Part shown: positions 40,328 to 51,520 of the stretch, in pieces
Position numbering within the stretch: the stretch's first letter is position 1
How the letters are laid out: every line of letters starts with the position of its first letter
Source of the DNA: Dictyostelium discoideum
Lineage: Eukaryota
Assembly (NCBI GenBank): GCA_000004695.1
Contig: CM000152.2
Coordinates: forward strand, 3,936,001-4,000,000
Direction: 5' to 3'
DNA: 64,000 nucleotides
The notes under the pieces: generated by a model
What the model was told of the DNA's origin: nothing
Databases searched by the model: none
What the model saw: only the letters and a program-made list of their open reading frames with translations
Position numbers and translations under genes: made by a program

Positions 40328-40582
40328 TTTATTATTTTTTTTTTTTTTTGTTGATATTATTATTTTGAGTTGATTGATATGGCTATAGGTTATTTGAGGC
40401 TATTCTATTTAAATAATTATCTTTCTATATCTCTCTCTCTATATCTTTTCTTTTCTATCTCTCACCAGTTTGAATATTATGTGACATAACCAACCCACAA
40501 TTCTACCTCTTTTTATCTTTTTCTTTTAATATTATTGTGTGGTTTTTTTTTTTTTTTAAATTTTAAAAAAAGAAGGGAAAAA

Positions 40583-40637
<55 letters not shown>

Positions 40638-40887
40638 AGTGAGTGTGAATGTGTGGTAGAAAAAAAAATATCAAAAAAGAGATATAATTGTTTTTTACCT
40701 TTTAGTTTTTTTGTTTTTTGTTTTTTTTATTTTTATTTTTATCTTTATTTTTATTTTAATTTTAATTTTAATTTTAATTTTAATTTTTATCTTTTTTTTT
40801 TTTTTATAAAATTTATTTAAGAATAATATACAAATAATTTTTCTTTGAGAAAACGATAAATGTGACTCTCGAGAATATTAGTTATCC

Positions 40888-40935
<48 letters not shown>

Positions 40936-41203
40936 TTTAAAATTAAAAAAAAGAAAAAAAAATTTTAAAATAAATAAAAAATAAAAAAAAAACTGTGATT
41001 AATTCCTTTATTTTTATTTTATTTTTTTTTGTTTAAATAAATCTGATTAAAAATTTTATTTCAAATGATTAAAAAGAATTTTTTTTATTTTTTTTATTTT
41101 TTTTTATTATAAAAAAAAGAATACTCAAAAGTTTACTATGAAAACAAAAATTAATTAATTTTTTTGTTCCTTTTAATGGGAAAAAAAAAAAGAAGGAAAT
41201 TTG

Positions 41204-41252
<49 letters not shown>

Positions 41253-41819
41253 AAAAGGTTTATCTGAAAAAATAAAAAAAAAAAAAAAATGGATAATAGA
41301 TAGAAAAAACCATCAATCATTTTTAAAAACCATTTTTTTTATTTTTTTTTTTTTTAAAATAAAATTTATTGTAAAATAACCCAAATCCATTTTTCAAGTA
41401 AAAATTTTAAAAAAAAATTTTGGAAAAAAAAAAAAAAAAAAAAAAATATCTTTTTTTTAAATTAAATTTTGAAATTTTTTATCAAAAAAAAGAAATCAAT
41501 AAACCAATCAATTATTTATTTATTTATTTATTATTTATTATTTGTATATTATTTGTATAATAAATTAACTTTTAAAAATTTATTTTTAGAAAATCGAACC
41601 AAACAAAAAAAAAAAAAAAAATAAAATAAAATAAGAAATGTCAGCAACTAAATGTGAAGAGTAAGAAATTAAAAAAAAAAAAAAATATCAAACCAAAAAA
41701 GGAAAACAAGAAAAAAATAGAAATAAAAAAAAAAAACTTTATATTTCCTTGGAAAACAAATTTTTAATTTATTAATAATTTTTTTTGAAAAAAAAAAAAA
41801 AAAAAAAAAAAAAACTTCA

Positions 41820-41876
41820 AACAAATGTACCAAAACAGTGTATCCACTTGAAGCCTTTTCAGTTTTAGGTTTGATG

Positions 41877-41907
<31 letters not shown>

Positions 41908-42912
41908 AAAAAAAAAAAAAAAATTTTCTTTTTTTTTTTCCAGATTTTCACACTTTTGGAAACTAAATTAACATTTATTTTATAATTTAATTTTTAATTA
42001 ATTAATTAATTAATCAGGTAAATCATGGCACAAAATTTGTTTTAAATGCAGTGTCGCAGAATGTAGACAAGTATTAAACTTAAAAACAGTTCAACCACAT
42101 AATCCAACTGGTAAAATCTATTGTGCAAATCATTATCCAAAAGAAAAAGCTACCTCTGTTGCCGATTCATTATCAGTTGTTAATGCAACCAATGCACCAA
42201 AAGTAGCATTAACTAATACTCAAGTTAAACCAGTTGGTAAGTTTTATTTATTATTATTATTATTATTTTTTTTTTTTTTTTCTATAATTATTAATTTTTT
42301 ATTTTTTTAAAATTTCATTTTTTAATAAATTGAATACAGATGCACCAACTCAAACTGCTGATACAATGCAATTAAATAATGCTAGAAGTGCACCAAAAGT
42401 AGCATTAACTAATAATCAAGTTAAACCAGTTGGTAAGTATTTTTTTTTTTTTTTTTTTTTAAATCAAACTCCCCTCCCCCTTGGAAAAGTTATAAATTTT
42501 TTTTTTTTTTTTTTTTTTTAACTACACAGATGCACCAATCCAAACTGCTGATACTATGGCATTAAATAATGCAAAGAATGCACCAAAAACAGGTTTGGTT
42601 AATCAACAAATTAGAGATGTTGATGCTCCATCACAAACTGCTGATACTATGGCATTGAATAATGCAAAGAATGCACCAAAAACAGGTTTGGTTAATCAAC
42701 AAATTTACAATGTTGATGCACCAACACAAGCTACCGATACTATTGCATTAAATAATGCTAAAAATGCTCCAAAGACTAATTTAGTAAATCATCAAATTTA
42801 TGATGTAGATGCACCAAGCCAAACCATAGATTTGAAATTACAAAATGCATTAAACGCACCAACCCTTCCAAAAGTTAATAATGAAATTAAAGCCATCGAA
42901 AGAAATGTTTAA
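41820..42912 (+). CDS. LASP-type LIM-domain protein with five or six 31-aa tandem repeats; exons ..41868 (5' end unresolved), 42018..42236, 42340..42432, 42530..42912
   Basis: Junction ...NKCTKTVYPLEAFSVLG|KSWHKICFKCSVAECRQVLNLKTVQPHNPTGKIYCANHYPKEK reproduces the LASP/nebulette LIM domain spacing (cf. [28 protein letters not shown]...YCNAHYPKQ). Donors GTTTGA (weak) and GTAAGT x2. Repeats DAPxQTADTMALNNAKNAPKTGLVNQQIxxV are one per 93-nt exon (exon 4) or tandem in exon 5, all phase 1. Stop at 42912. Candidate first exon ATGTCAGCAACTAAATGTGAAGA|GTAAGA (41638..41660) would supply the first Cys, but no canonical AG acceptor yields the expected C-x2-C. Confidence 0.65.
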
Positions 42913-43791
42913 AACATTTACATTTTTTTCACTTTTTATAAAATAAAATAAAATAAAATAAAATAAAATAAAATAAAATAAAATAAAATTTTATAGTTAA
43001 ATTTTTAACCTTACACTTTTTTTGGATTTTACAAATTTTTACTTTAATTGGAAAAAAGTGATTTATTTTTAAAATATTCCTAGTCAGTAAAATATTAAAT
43101 TATAAATAAATAAATAAATAAATTAAATTAAAACTTTTCCTTTTTTATTTTATTTTATTTTACTTATAATTAAAAATAATTAATATTCAATGTTTCTTAA
43201 TTAACATTAATATAGTTTTTTAAATAGTTTATACAAGGAAAATAAAAAAAAAAAATAATAATTATAATAATATTTGTTGATGATCAAATTGATTATAATT
43301 TTTAAAAATAAAAAAAAAAAAAAGATAAATATTATAATTAAAATGTTATACCCCACAATCATTTTTTTTAAAAATAATAATTAATTTAATCAAAAAATTT
43401 TTTTTTTTTTTTTTTTTTTTGTGTTTGCGAAAATATTTTTTTTTTATTTTTTTTTTTTTTTGGCAATAGGTAAATAAATTAATTTTATTAATAAATTTTT
43501 TTTAACCAATCTAATTAGACTAATAGTAAACAATCAAATTTGATTAATTTATATAGGGAAAAAAAAGAAAAAAAAAAAAAAAAAAATAAATTTTTTTGGT
43601 GTTTAAAAAAATTCTTGATGTTCACAAAAAAAAAAAAAAAATTAAAAAAATTAAAAAAAAAATAAAAAAAATAAAATTTTTAAATTAAATTTTTTTTCAA
43701 ATTTTTTTTTTTTATTTTTTTTTTTTTATTAATTTTTTAACTTCACTCACATAACTTATTTATATATATATATATAACATTTAAATATAAA

Positions 43792-45586
43792 ATGACAATT
43801 GGATTAGAACCAGCAGTTTCAAGCAAAACCAAAGATAAAATGGAGCAAGATTTATCTCCAATTGCTGATAAATCATGTAAAGAAAATAGAGAACTCGCAA
43901 AAGTAAATAATAACAATATTGATCATCATAATAATCACAATCAATTTTTCACATACTTATATGTATATTATATATTTTTATTATTATTATTATTATTATT
44001 TAGAGTGGCAAATTAATTGAAGCAATTGAAAATTTATTAATAACAGAAAAACAATGTCGTCAAGCAGAGGATTCACCATCAACATCAAAGATTGCAGCTG
44101 AAATTATTAAATTATGTTATGAAGCTGGAAGATTAGATTTAGTAAATGAGAAATTAGTATTATTATCAAAGAGAAGAGGTCAACTCAGACCAGCCATCAA
44201 AGCTATCGTTCAAGAATCAATGGTATATGTCGATCAAATTACTGATATGAAACAAAAATTAGAATTAATTGATACTCTTAGAACAATTTCAGATGGAAAA
44301 GTAATATATACATATATTTAAATTATATAATAGGAGTTTTATATATTCTAATTATTATTATTATTTTTAAATTAGATTTTTGTTGAAAATGAAAGAGCAA
44401 GATTAACAAAAACATTATCAAAAATTAAAGAGGATGAAGGTGATATTGCATCAGCAGCAAAAATTCTCCAAGATTTACAAGTTGAAACCTATGGTACAAT
44501 GGAAAAGAGAGAAAAGATTACATTCTTTATTGATCAAATGCGTATTTGTATGAATAATAAAGATTTTATTAGAGCACAATTGATAGGTAACAAAGTTAAT
44601 AGAAAAACTTTGGCTGAAGATGAGAATCAAGATCTTAAAATCGATTATTTCAAACAAATGATCCGTTACTTTTCTCATAGTGCAAATTATATTGAGATTG
44701 CACGTTGTTATCTCTCAATCTATGATACTCCTTCCGTTGAAAAAGATACACCTCAATTACTTCAAACACTTAAATACATTTGTATCTATGTAATTCTCTC
44801 TGCTTCTTCAAATGAACAATCTGATCTCTTAAATAGAGTTTATGAATTTAAACCATTAACTGATATTCAAAATTATAAGTAAGTAATAATAATAATAAAA
44901 AAAAAAAAAAAAAAAAATTATTTGTTTATTAACATTTTATTTTATTTTATTTTAAAAAAAAAAAAAAAAACAGAGATTTATTAAATCAATTTAAGACATT
45001 AGAATTAATTAGATGGAGTACATTCTTTGAACTTAATAAACCAGAATTAGATTCACAAACAGTTTTCAAAACTGAACCAAATGCATGGGAAGATTTACGT
45101 AAGAGAGTTATTGAACATGTATGTTTTTAATTTTTTTTTTTTTTTTTTTTAATTGAAAGATAAACTATTGATACTAATTTAACTTTTTTTTTTTTTTTAA
45201 AAAAATATTTAGAATATTCGTGTTATTTCAACTTATTATCAAAAGATTTCAACTGCAAGACTTGCAGAGTTATTGGATCTTTCTTTAGATGTAAGTAGTA
45301 TATTAAATATATAAATAATGATAATAAAAATAATAATAATAGATTATTAATTGTTATTTTTTTTTTTTTTTTTTAGGAATCAGAAAAATTCGTTTCAGAT
45401 TTAGTTTCAAATAAAACTATCTTTGCAAAGATTGATAGACCAGCTGGTATTGCAACATTCACCACAACCAATGATCCAAATAAAGTTTTGAATGCTTGGG
45501 CAAATAATATTACTTCATTATTAGATTTAGTTGAAAAAACAAATCATTTAGTTCAAAGAGAGTTTATGCTCCATAAAATTAATTAA
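43792..45586 (+). CDS. psmD12: 26S proteasome non-ATPase regulatory subunit 12 (Rpn5/PSMD12), 6 exons: 43792..43902, 44004..44300, 44376..44878, 44964..45108, 45213..45290, 45377..45586 (~447 aa)
   Basis: Spliced product contains ...KLVLLSKRRGQLRPAIKAIVQESMVYVDQITDMKQKLELIDTLRTISDGK|IFVENERARLTKTLSKIKEDEGDIASAAKILQDLQVETYGTMEKREKITFFIDQMRICM... and a PCI domain ...NIRVISTYYQKISTARLAELLDLSLD|ESEKFVSDLVSNKTIFAKIDRPAGIATF.... All donors are GTAAAT/GTAATA/GTAAGT/GTATGT, all acceptors are (T)nAG, and phases are consistent (0,0,2,0,0). Confidence 0.85.
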
Positions 45587-45736
45587 TTTGGTTTATTAAT
45601 CTCTTGAAAATAATAATAATAATAATAAATAATAAATAAAAAAAAAAAAAAAAAACATTTTATGTCAATAATGTAGTAATACCCCTCCCAATCCTGATCC
45701 TAATATATAAAATAATAAATAGAACAAAAACATAAA

Positions 45737-45781
<45 letters not shown>

Positions 45782-45890
45782 TCTGAAATAATTATTGGAT
45801 TTTAAATTAAGTATTTTATTTATTTTAATTTTTTTTTTTTTTTTTTTATTATTTATTTTTTTATTTTTATTTTTGTTTTTTCTGATTAAA

Positions 45891-45928
<38 letters not shown>

Positions 45929-46007
45929 CAAAACGTTATTTTTTTTTTTGTTTTTATTTTTTATTTTATATTTCACCATCCATATTAATTAAAATAAAAA
46001 AAAAAAA

Positions 46008-46871
46008 ATGATACAAACAACATTTTCATCATATTTAGCAGAATCTTGGAATAAAATTGGAGAAATTAAAATTTTAAAACCAGGTGGTATGACATTAGAT
46101 TTTTCGATTGATGCATTAAATTTAACGATTCCAAAATGTAAAATCAATGAAAATATAAAGATATTGGATGTTGGGGCTGGGTTTGGTGTTTTATCAATTT
46201 ATGCATCAACTAATTATCCAAATAGTGAAATTATTGCAACAGATATTTCAAAATGTATGATTGATTCATTAAATTATTCAATTCAAGGAAACCAAATAAA
46301 GAATGTCACTGCCAAAGTAATGGATGGCCAAAGTATGCCAGAGCTACAATCTGAATCATTCGATTACTGTTTTTCAATGTTTGGTTTGATTTATTTCCCT
46401 GATAGATTAAAAAGTCTTAAAGAGATGTACAGATTATTAAAATCAAATAATAATTCAAAAGTTTCAATTGGTAGTTGGCAATCTGATGCTTTCTTACCAA
46501 TGGTATTAGAGAAAACTTATGAAAAAGTAACAGTTGGTAGTAGTGGTGGTTTGAAATTGACATCAAAACAACCAGCTTTATCATTAGATGATAAAGTTTT
46601 ATTCAAGAGTGAATTGGAACAAGCTGGTTTTAAAAATGTTGAAATTCACAGTATTGGTCATCCATTAGAGGTAACAACTGAAAGTTTATCAAATTATCTT
46701 AGACCCGAAAACCCAGTTGTTGATGATTTCTTTAAACTTATTGGTGATGATAATATTAATAAATTTAAAGAAACTTTTATTAACCTAGTCTTAGAATTAT
46801 TTCCAAAAAATGAAAATGGTTTTCATATTGTTCCATGGAATTCTTATATTGGTATTGGTGAAAAATTATAG
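46008..46871 (+). CDS. class I SAM-dependent methyltransferase (Methyltransf_11/12-like), 287 aa, tandem paralog 1
   Basis: Motif I ILDVGAGFGVLSIY, acidic post-I residue (ATDIS), FDYCFSMFGLIYFPD (motif II/III region). Single exon. Confidence 0.8.
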   Translation: MIQTTFSSYLAESWNKIGEIKILKPGGMTLDFSIDALNLTIPKCKINENIKILDVGAGFGVLSIYASTNYPNSEIIATDISKCMIDSLNYSIQGNQIKNVTAKVMDGQSMPELQSESFDYCFSMFGLIYFPDRLKSLKEMYRLLKSNNNSKVSIGSWQSDAFLPMVLEKTYEKVTVGSSGGLKLTSKQPALSLDDKVLFKSELEQAGFKNVEIHSIGHPLEVTTESLSNYLRPENPVVDDFFKLIGDDNINKFKETFINLVLELFPKNENGFHIVPWNSYIGIGEKL

Positions 46872-46990
46872 AATTAAAAATTAAAATTAAAATAAAAAAT
46901 AAAAAATAAAAAAAAATAAAATTAATTTATCGTGGTGGGGTGTATATGTGTGTGGGTATGCGTGGTGTGAATGAACACTGTTCTAGAATT

Positions 46991-47028
<38 letters not shown>

Positions 47029-47102
47029 AGAATTTTTTTTTTTATTTTTTTATTTTTTTATTTTTTTATTTTTTTTTAATTTATAAATATAATTATATTA
47101 TT

Positions 47103-47966
47103 ATGTCAATTAATTCAACATTTTCATCATATAAATCAGAAGGTTGGGATAAATTATCAGATTCAACACTTTTAAAAATTGGTGGACCAACAGAACCATT
47201 TTCAATTGATGCACTAAATTTAACGATTCCAAAAGAGAAATTGAATGAAAAGATAAGAATATTAGATATTGCAGCAGGTGTTGGTAATTTAACAATTCCA
47301 GCAAGTAGACAATTCCCAAATTCAGAGATTGTTGCAACTGATTATTCAAAATGTATGATTGATTCATTGAATTTAATAATTGAGCAAAATAAAAATAATA
47401 TTAAAAATGTTAAAACTCTAATTGTTGATGGTCAAAATATGGTAGAGATCGAATCTGAATCATTCGATTACTGTTTTTCAATGTTTGGTTTAATTTATTT
47501 CCCTGATAGGTTATCAGGTATGAAAGAGATGTATAGAATTTTAAAATCAAATAATCAATCACGTACTTCAATTGGTAGTTGGCAATCTGATGCTTTCTTA
47601 CCCTCATTATTAGAGAAAACTTATGAACAAGTAACAAGTGGTAGTGGTGGTGGTTTGAAATTAACATCAAAACAACCAGCTTTATCATTAGATGATAAAG
47701 TTTTGTTTAAGAGTGAATTGGAACAAGCTGGTTTTAAAAATGTTGTAATTCATAGTGTTAAACATATAATTAAAATCAATGATTTAGAACCATTATTATC
47801 ACCTAAAAATCCAATTGTTGATGATTTCTTTAAATTAATAAATTATGAAAATATTGATAAATTTAAAGAAACTTTTAAATCAATTGCAAATTCATTATAT
47901 AAAAAAGATGAAAATGGTAATTATTTATCTGAATGGAATTGTTTTATTGGTATTGGCGAAAAATAA
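47103..47966 (+). CDS. class I SAM-dependent methyltransferase, 287 aa, tandem paralog 2
   Basis: About 60-65% identical to the 46008 gene over the full length (ILDIAAGVGNLTIP..., FDYCFSMFGLIYFPDRL..., SIGSWQSDAFLP...KLTSKQPALSLDDKVLFKSELEQAGFKNV). Same orientation, 230 bp apart. Confidence 0.8.
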   Translation: MSINSTFSSYKSEGWDKLSDSTLLKIGGPTEPFSIDALNLTIPKEKLNEKIRILDIAAGVGNLTIPASRQFPNSEIVATDYSKCMIDSLNLIIEQNKNNIKNVKTLIVDGQNMVEIESESFDYCFSMFGLIYFPDRLSGMKEMYRILKSNNQSRTSIGSWQSDAFLPSLLEKTYEQVTSGSGGGLKLTSKQPALSLDDKVLFKSELEQAGFKNVVIHSVKHIIKINDLEPLLSPKNPIVDDFFKLINYENIDKFKETFKSIANSLYKKDENGNYLSEWNCFIGIGEK

Positions 47967-48593
47967 AATAAAAATAAAATAAGATTAAAATTTTATTATT
48001 TATTTTTATAATTATTTGTAATTATTTGTAATTGTTTTTTTTTTTTTCTTTTAATTTTTTTTTTTACTTTTTTTAAAAGTGGTTGAAATTAACAATAATT
48101 TAACTAATTTTATTTCTAAATACATTTATTATTTTATTTTTTTCAAATCCAAATATATATTTATAAAAAATAAAATGTTTTTTTTTTTTTTAAAAAATTT
48201 ATTAGTTTGTAAAATTCCAATCATTTAAAAAGAAATTCTAATTCTTCACCCCACCTTTTGTATTTACATTTGTAAAAAAAAAAAAAAAAAAAAATATGAT
48301 GTGTGGGGGGGGTGTAATGTCTTAAAGTTTATTTAGGTATATTAATTTTAGAATAAGCAGCAGTATTATTTGACAATTTATATTAAAATATTAAAATAAT
48401 TTTTATTCTCTTTCTAATTATTTATTTAATTTTTATTATTTATATTTTATTTTTTATTTTAAAATTATTTTATTTTTTATTTCTTTCTGGAAAATAAAAA
48501 AAAATAAAAAAAAAAAATTTATTTTTAAACAAAAACACAAAAACACAAAAACAAAATAAAAACAAAACAATAAAAATTATATTTTGTAATAAA

Positions 48594-50192
48594 ATGATCA
48601 AAAAAAATAAATTACTAGTTTTAATAATTTTAAATTTTTTAATAAATTCTATTTGTAAGTAATAATAGAAAAAAAAAAAATATTAATAATAATAATTTAA
48701 TTAATTTTTTATTTTTATTTATTTTATTTAAAAAGATTCTGATAGACCATTAATCAATTATATTGAACCATTAACTAGAAATGATAATAAATTATCAGTG
48801 TTTGGTAGATTTTTTGGAGAGAAATTACAAGATGTTAAAGTTGAAATCGATGGTAAACCATATAAAATAAGTGAATGGAGTAATTCAAGTTTTGAAGTAA
48901 CTTTACAACCACCAAATCCAAAGCAATCAAAAATTAAAGTTACAACACCAATTAATTCTGTTGAGAAGGAGATTTACTTTTTAAATGAAAATTGTTTAGG
49001 AATTGATGTTTGTAATGGGCATGGAATATGCATTAAAAATAGTACAGAATGTGTATGTAATGAACCATGGTCTGGTAAAGATTGCTCCATAATCACTGGC
49101 GAATCTATGATAGAGTTAGTTGATAAACCTAAAGTTTACACATCAACAAAATTAAATATTTTTAAAATTCCTGAAATTGAAAATATTAATTTTAACACTA
49201 GTTTTGGATTAGTATTAAAAGAGTATACTAAGAATGATATAATTCTTAACACTTATTTATTAACGCCCTCTATTCAATATGGGAGTATAAAAGGACCAGA
49301 TTTACAAGTTTACAGATACAGAACCAATACATTAATATCTTCGTCAGATCATTCATTCAATTGTGACATCACTCTAACTCATTATCAATCTAATCAAACT
49401 AAAAGTTTCTATAATCAATATATTAATGAATTAAAAGATTCATTTGCATTGAGTGTAATAATTAATAATTTCATACCAATTTCACCAACTAATAAATTAA
49501 CATTATTCATTTATCCAATGATAAAATCAAAGAAATCATTTGGTGGTAAATTAAGTACAATTGTCAATGATAATAATAATAATAATAAAATTGATGAAAA
49601 TGATGATGGTCAATACATTAATGGTACAACAAGTATTAAAATGTCAATTGGTACTCAAAAATTAAGAATTAATCTTTATAATTTTGGTTTATTTTCTCAA
49701 AAATTTACAACTTTTAATACTTCAATTGTTGAAATTTTTAATAATACAAATAATATAAATAATACTAATAATAGTGATAGTAGTGATAATAGAGTTATTG
49801 ATAATGATATTTATTCTATAATTTCAATAACTTCAAATTCATCAAAATATATTTATTTTAATGCAGATTTTTATCCATATTTGGATGATTCTGAAAATGT
49901 AGATAGTTCTGATAAATTAACTTTATTTAGTGACGAAGAGAGTGGTAGTAGTGATAGTATTAGTAGTAGTAGTGGTAGTGGTAGCAGTAGCAGTAGTAGC
50001 AGTGATAATAATACAAGGAATATTATTGATGATAGTAAACATAATTTAACACCAACTCAAAATATTACTACCGAAGTTAATCATGAAAATCATCAAAATG
50101 AAAGTAATAGTAGTAGTAGTATTGGAAATAAATTACCAATTTCGATAATAACTTATTTTGGCCCTGTTTTTATTTTTTGGAAGTTAATTTGA
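48594..50192 (+). CDS. secreted or GPI-anchored cell-surface glycoprotein with IPT/TIG-like segment and EGF-like module (~505 aa; exons 48594..48654, 48736..50192)
   Basis: Exon 1 MIKKNKLLVLIILNFLINSI (signal peptide) ends at GTAAGT. Acceptor AAAAG|AT is in frame with the track ORF (its M is a GTG). EGF-like CLGIDVCNGHGICIKNSTECVCNEPWSGKDCS. Many NxS/T sites, Ser-rich stretch, hydrophobic C-terminus ISIITYFGPVFIFWKLI*. Confidence 0.65.
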
Positions 50193-50736
50193 AACCTTTC
50201 CAAAAATAAAAATAAAAATATAAATAAAAATTTCATTACCGAATTAAAAACCTATTCCAGTATTTCATTTGTTTTCAGATATGAAAGAAACAATCGGTGA
50301 TGTCGAACTATATTTATAAATTTATTAATAAAAATAAAAAAAGGGAGTATTTTTTTTTTTTTTTTTTTTGTAACCCATTTTTTTTGTAACCCATTTTTGG
50401 AAAATTTAATAAAGATTTATTACTTTTAAAATATGTTTTGTTTTTTTTTTTTTTTTTTAATTTATTTCATTTTTTAAATTCCCAAAAAAGAGAACAGTGT
50501 TAAAACAAATGTTTTTTTTATTTTTAATTTTTTATTTTTAATTTTTAATTTTTTATTTTTATTTTTTATTTTTAATTTTTTTTTTTTGAACAAAAATTTT
50601 TGAAAAATTAATTTTTTATTTTTTTGAAACAAAATTTTAAAACAAAGCAAGTTTGTATTTGTGTATATATATGATTATATAAATATCAATTTTTTGGTTT
50701 TCTATTTTTTATATATATATATTTTTTTATTTATTT

Positions 50737-51486
50737 ATGTCAAATTATAATAATAACAATAATAATATACCAATTTTAAAAAACAATGTAAAACCTCGTC
50801 AATATCAAGAAGATGCATTCAATCAATGTATTAGTAGAAATACGATTTTAGTTTTACCAACTGGTATGTATTATTATTATTTCATTTTATTTTTATTTTT
50901 AGTTTAGGTATACTAATTTATTTAATGGTTTTTTTTTTTTATTATTTAAATTTATTTAAATTTATAGGTACTGGTAAAACTTTAGTATCAATTTTAACAT
51001 TTTTAAAAATGTTTGAAATAAATGAAAAAAAAAATAATGATAAAGTTGCATTATTTTTAGTAAATAATATTTTATTAGGAAAACAACAAACCGAGACGAT
51101 AAAGAATTTAACTGATAAGAGAGTAATGGTTTTAAGTGGAGACGATTTATCATTTCAAACTAAAAAGAAAAACTATGATATAGTTGTTGCAACGCCACAG
51201 ATTTTAATGAATTTAATTAATAAGAATAAAATTAGAATTGATAATTTTCATTTCATAATTTTCGATGAAGTTCATAATGCTACTGGTTTGGATAATTATT
51301 GCAAGATCATGTCTTTAGTTAAAAATTTAGATCCACCATTTAGACCAAGAATCCTTGGTTTAACTGCATCGGTTTTAAAGAACGCTTCAAATTATACCAC
51401 TGAAAGAGCAACCAATGAAATTAAAAAGTTGGAAGATATAATGTTATCAAAAATCTATTGTCCATTAATTGAAATATTTAAAGATC

Positions 51487-51520
<34 letters not shown>

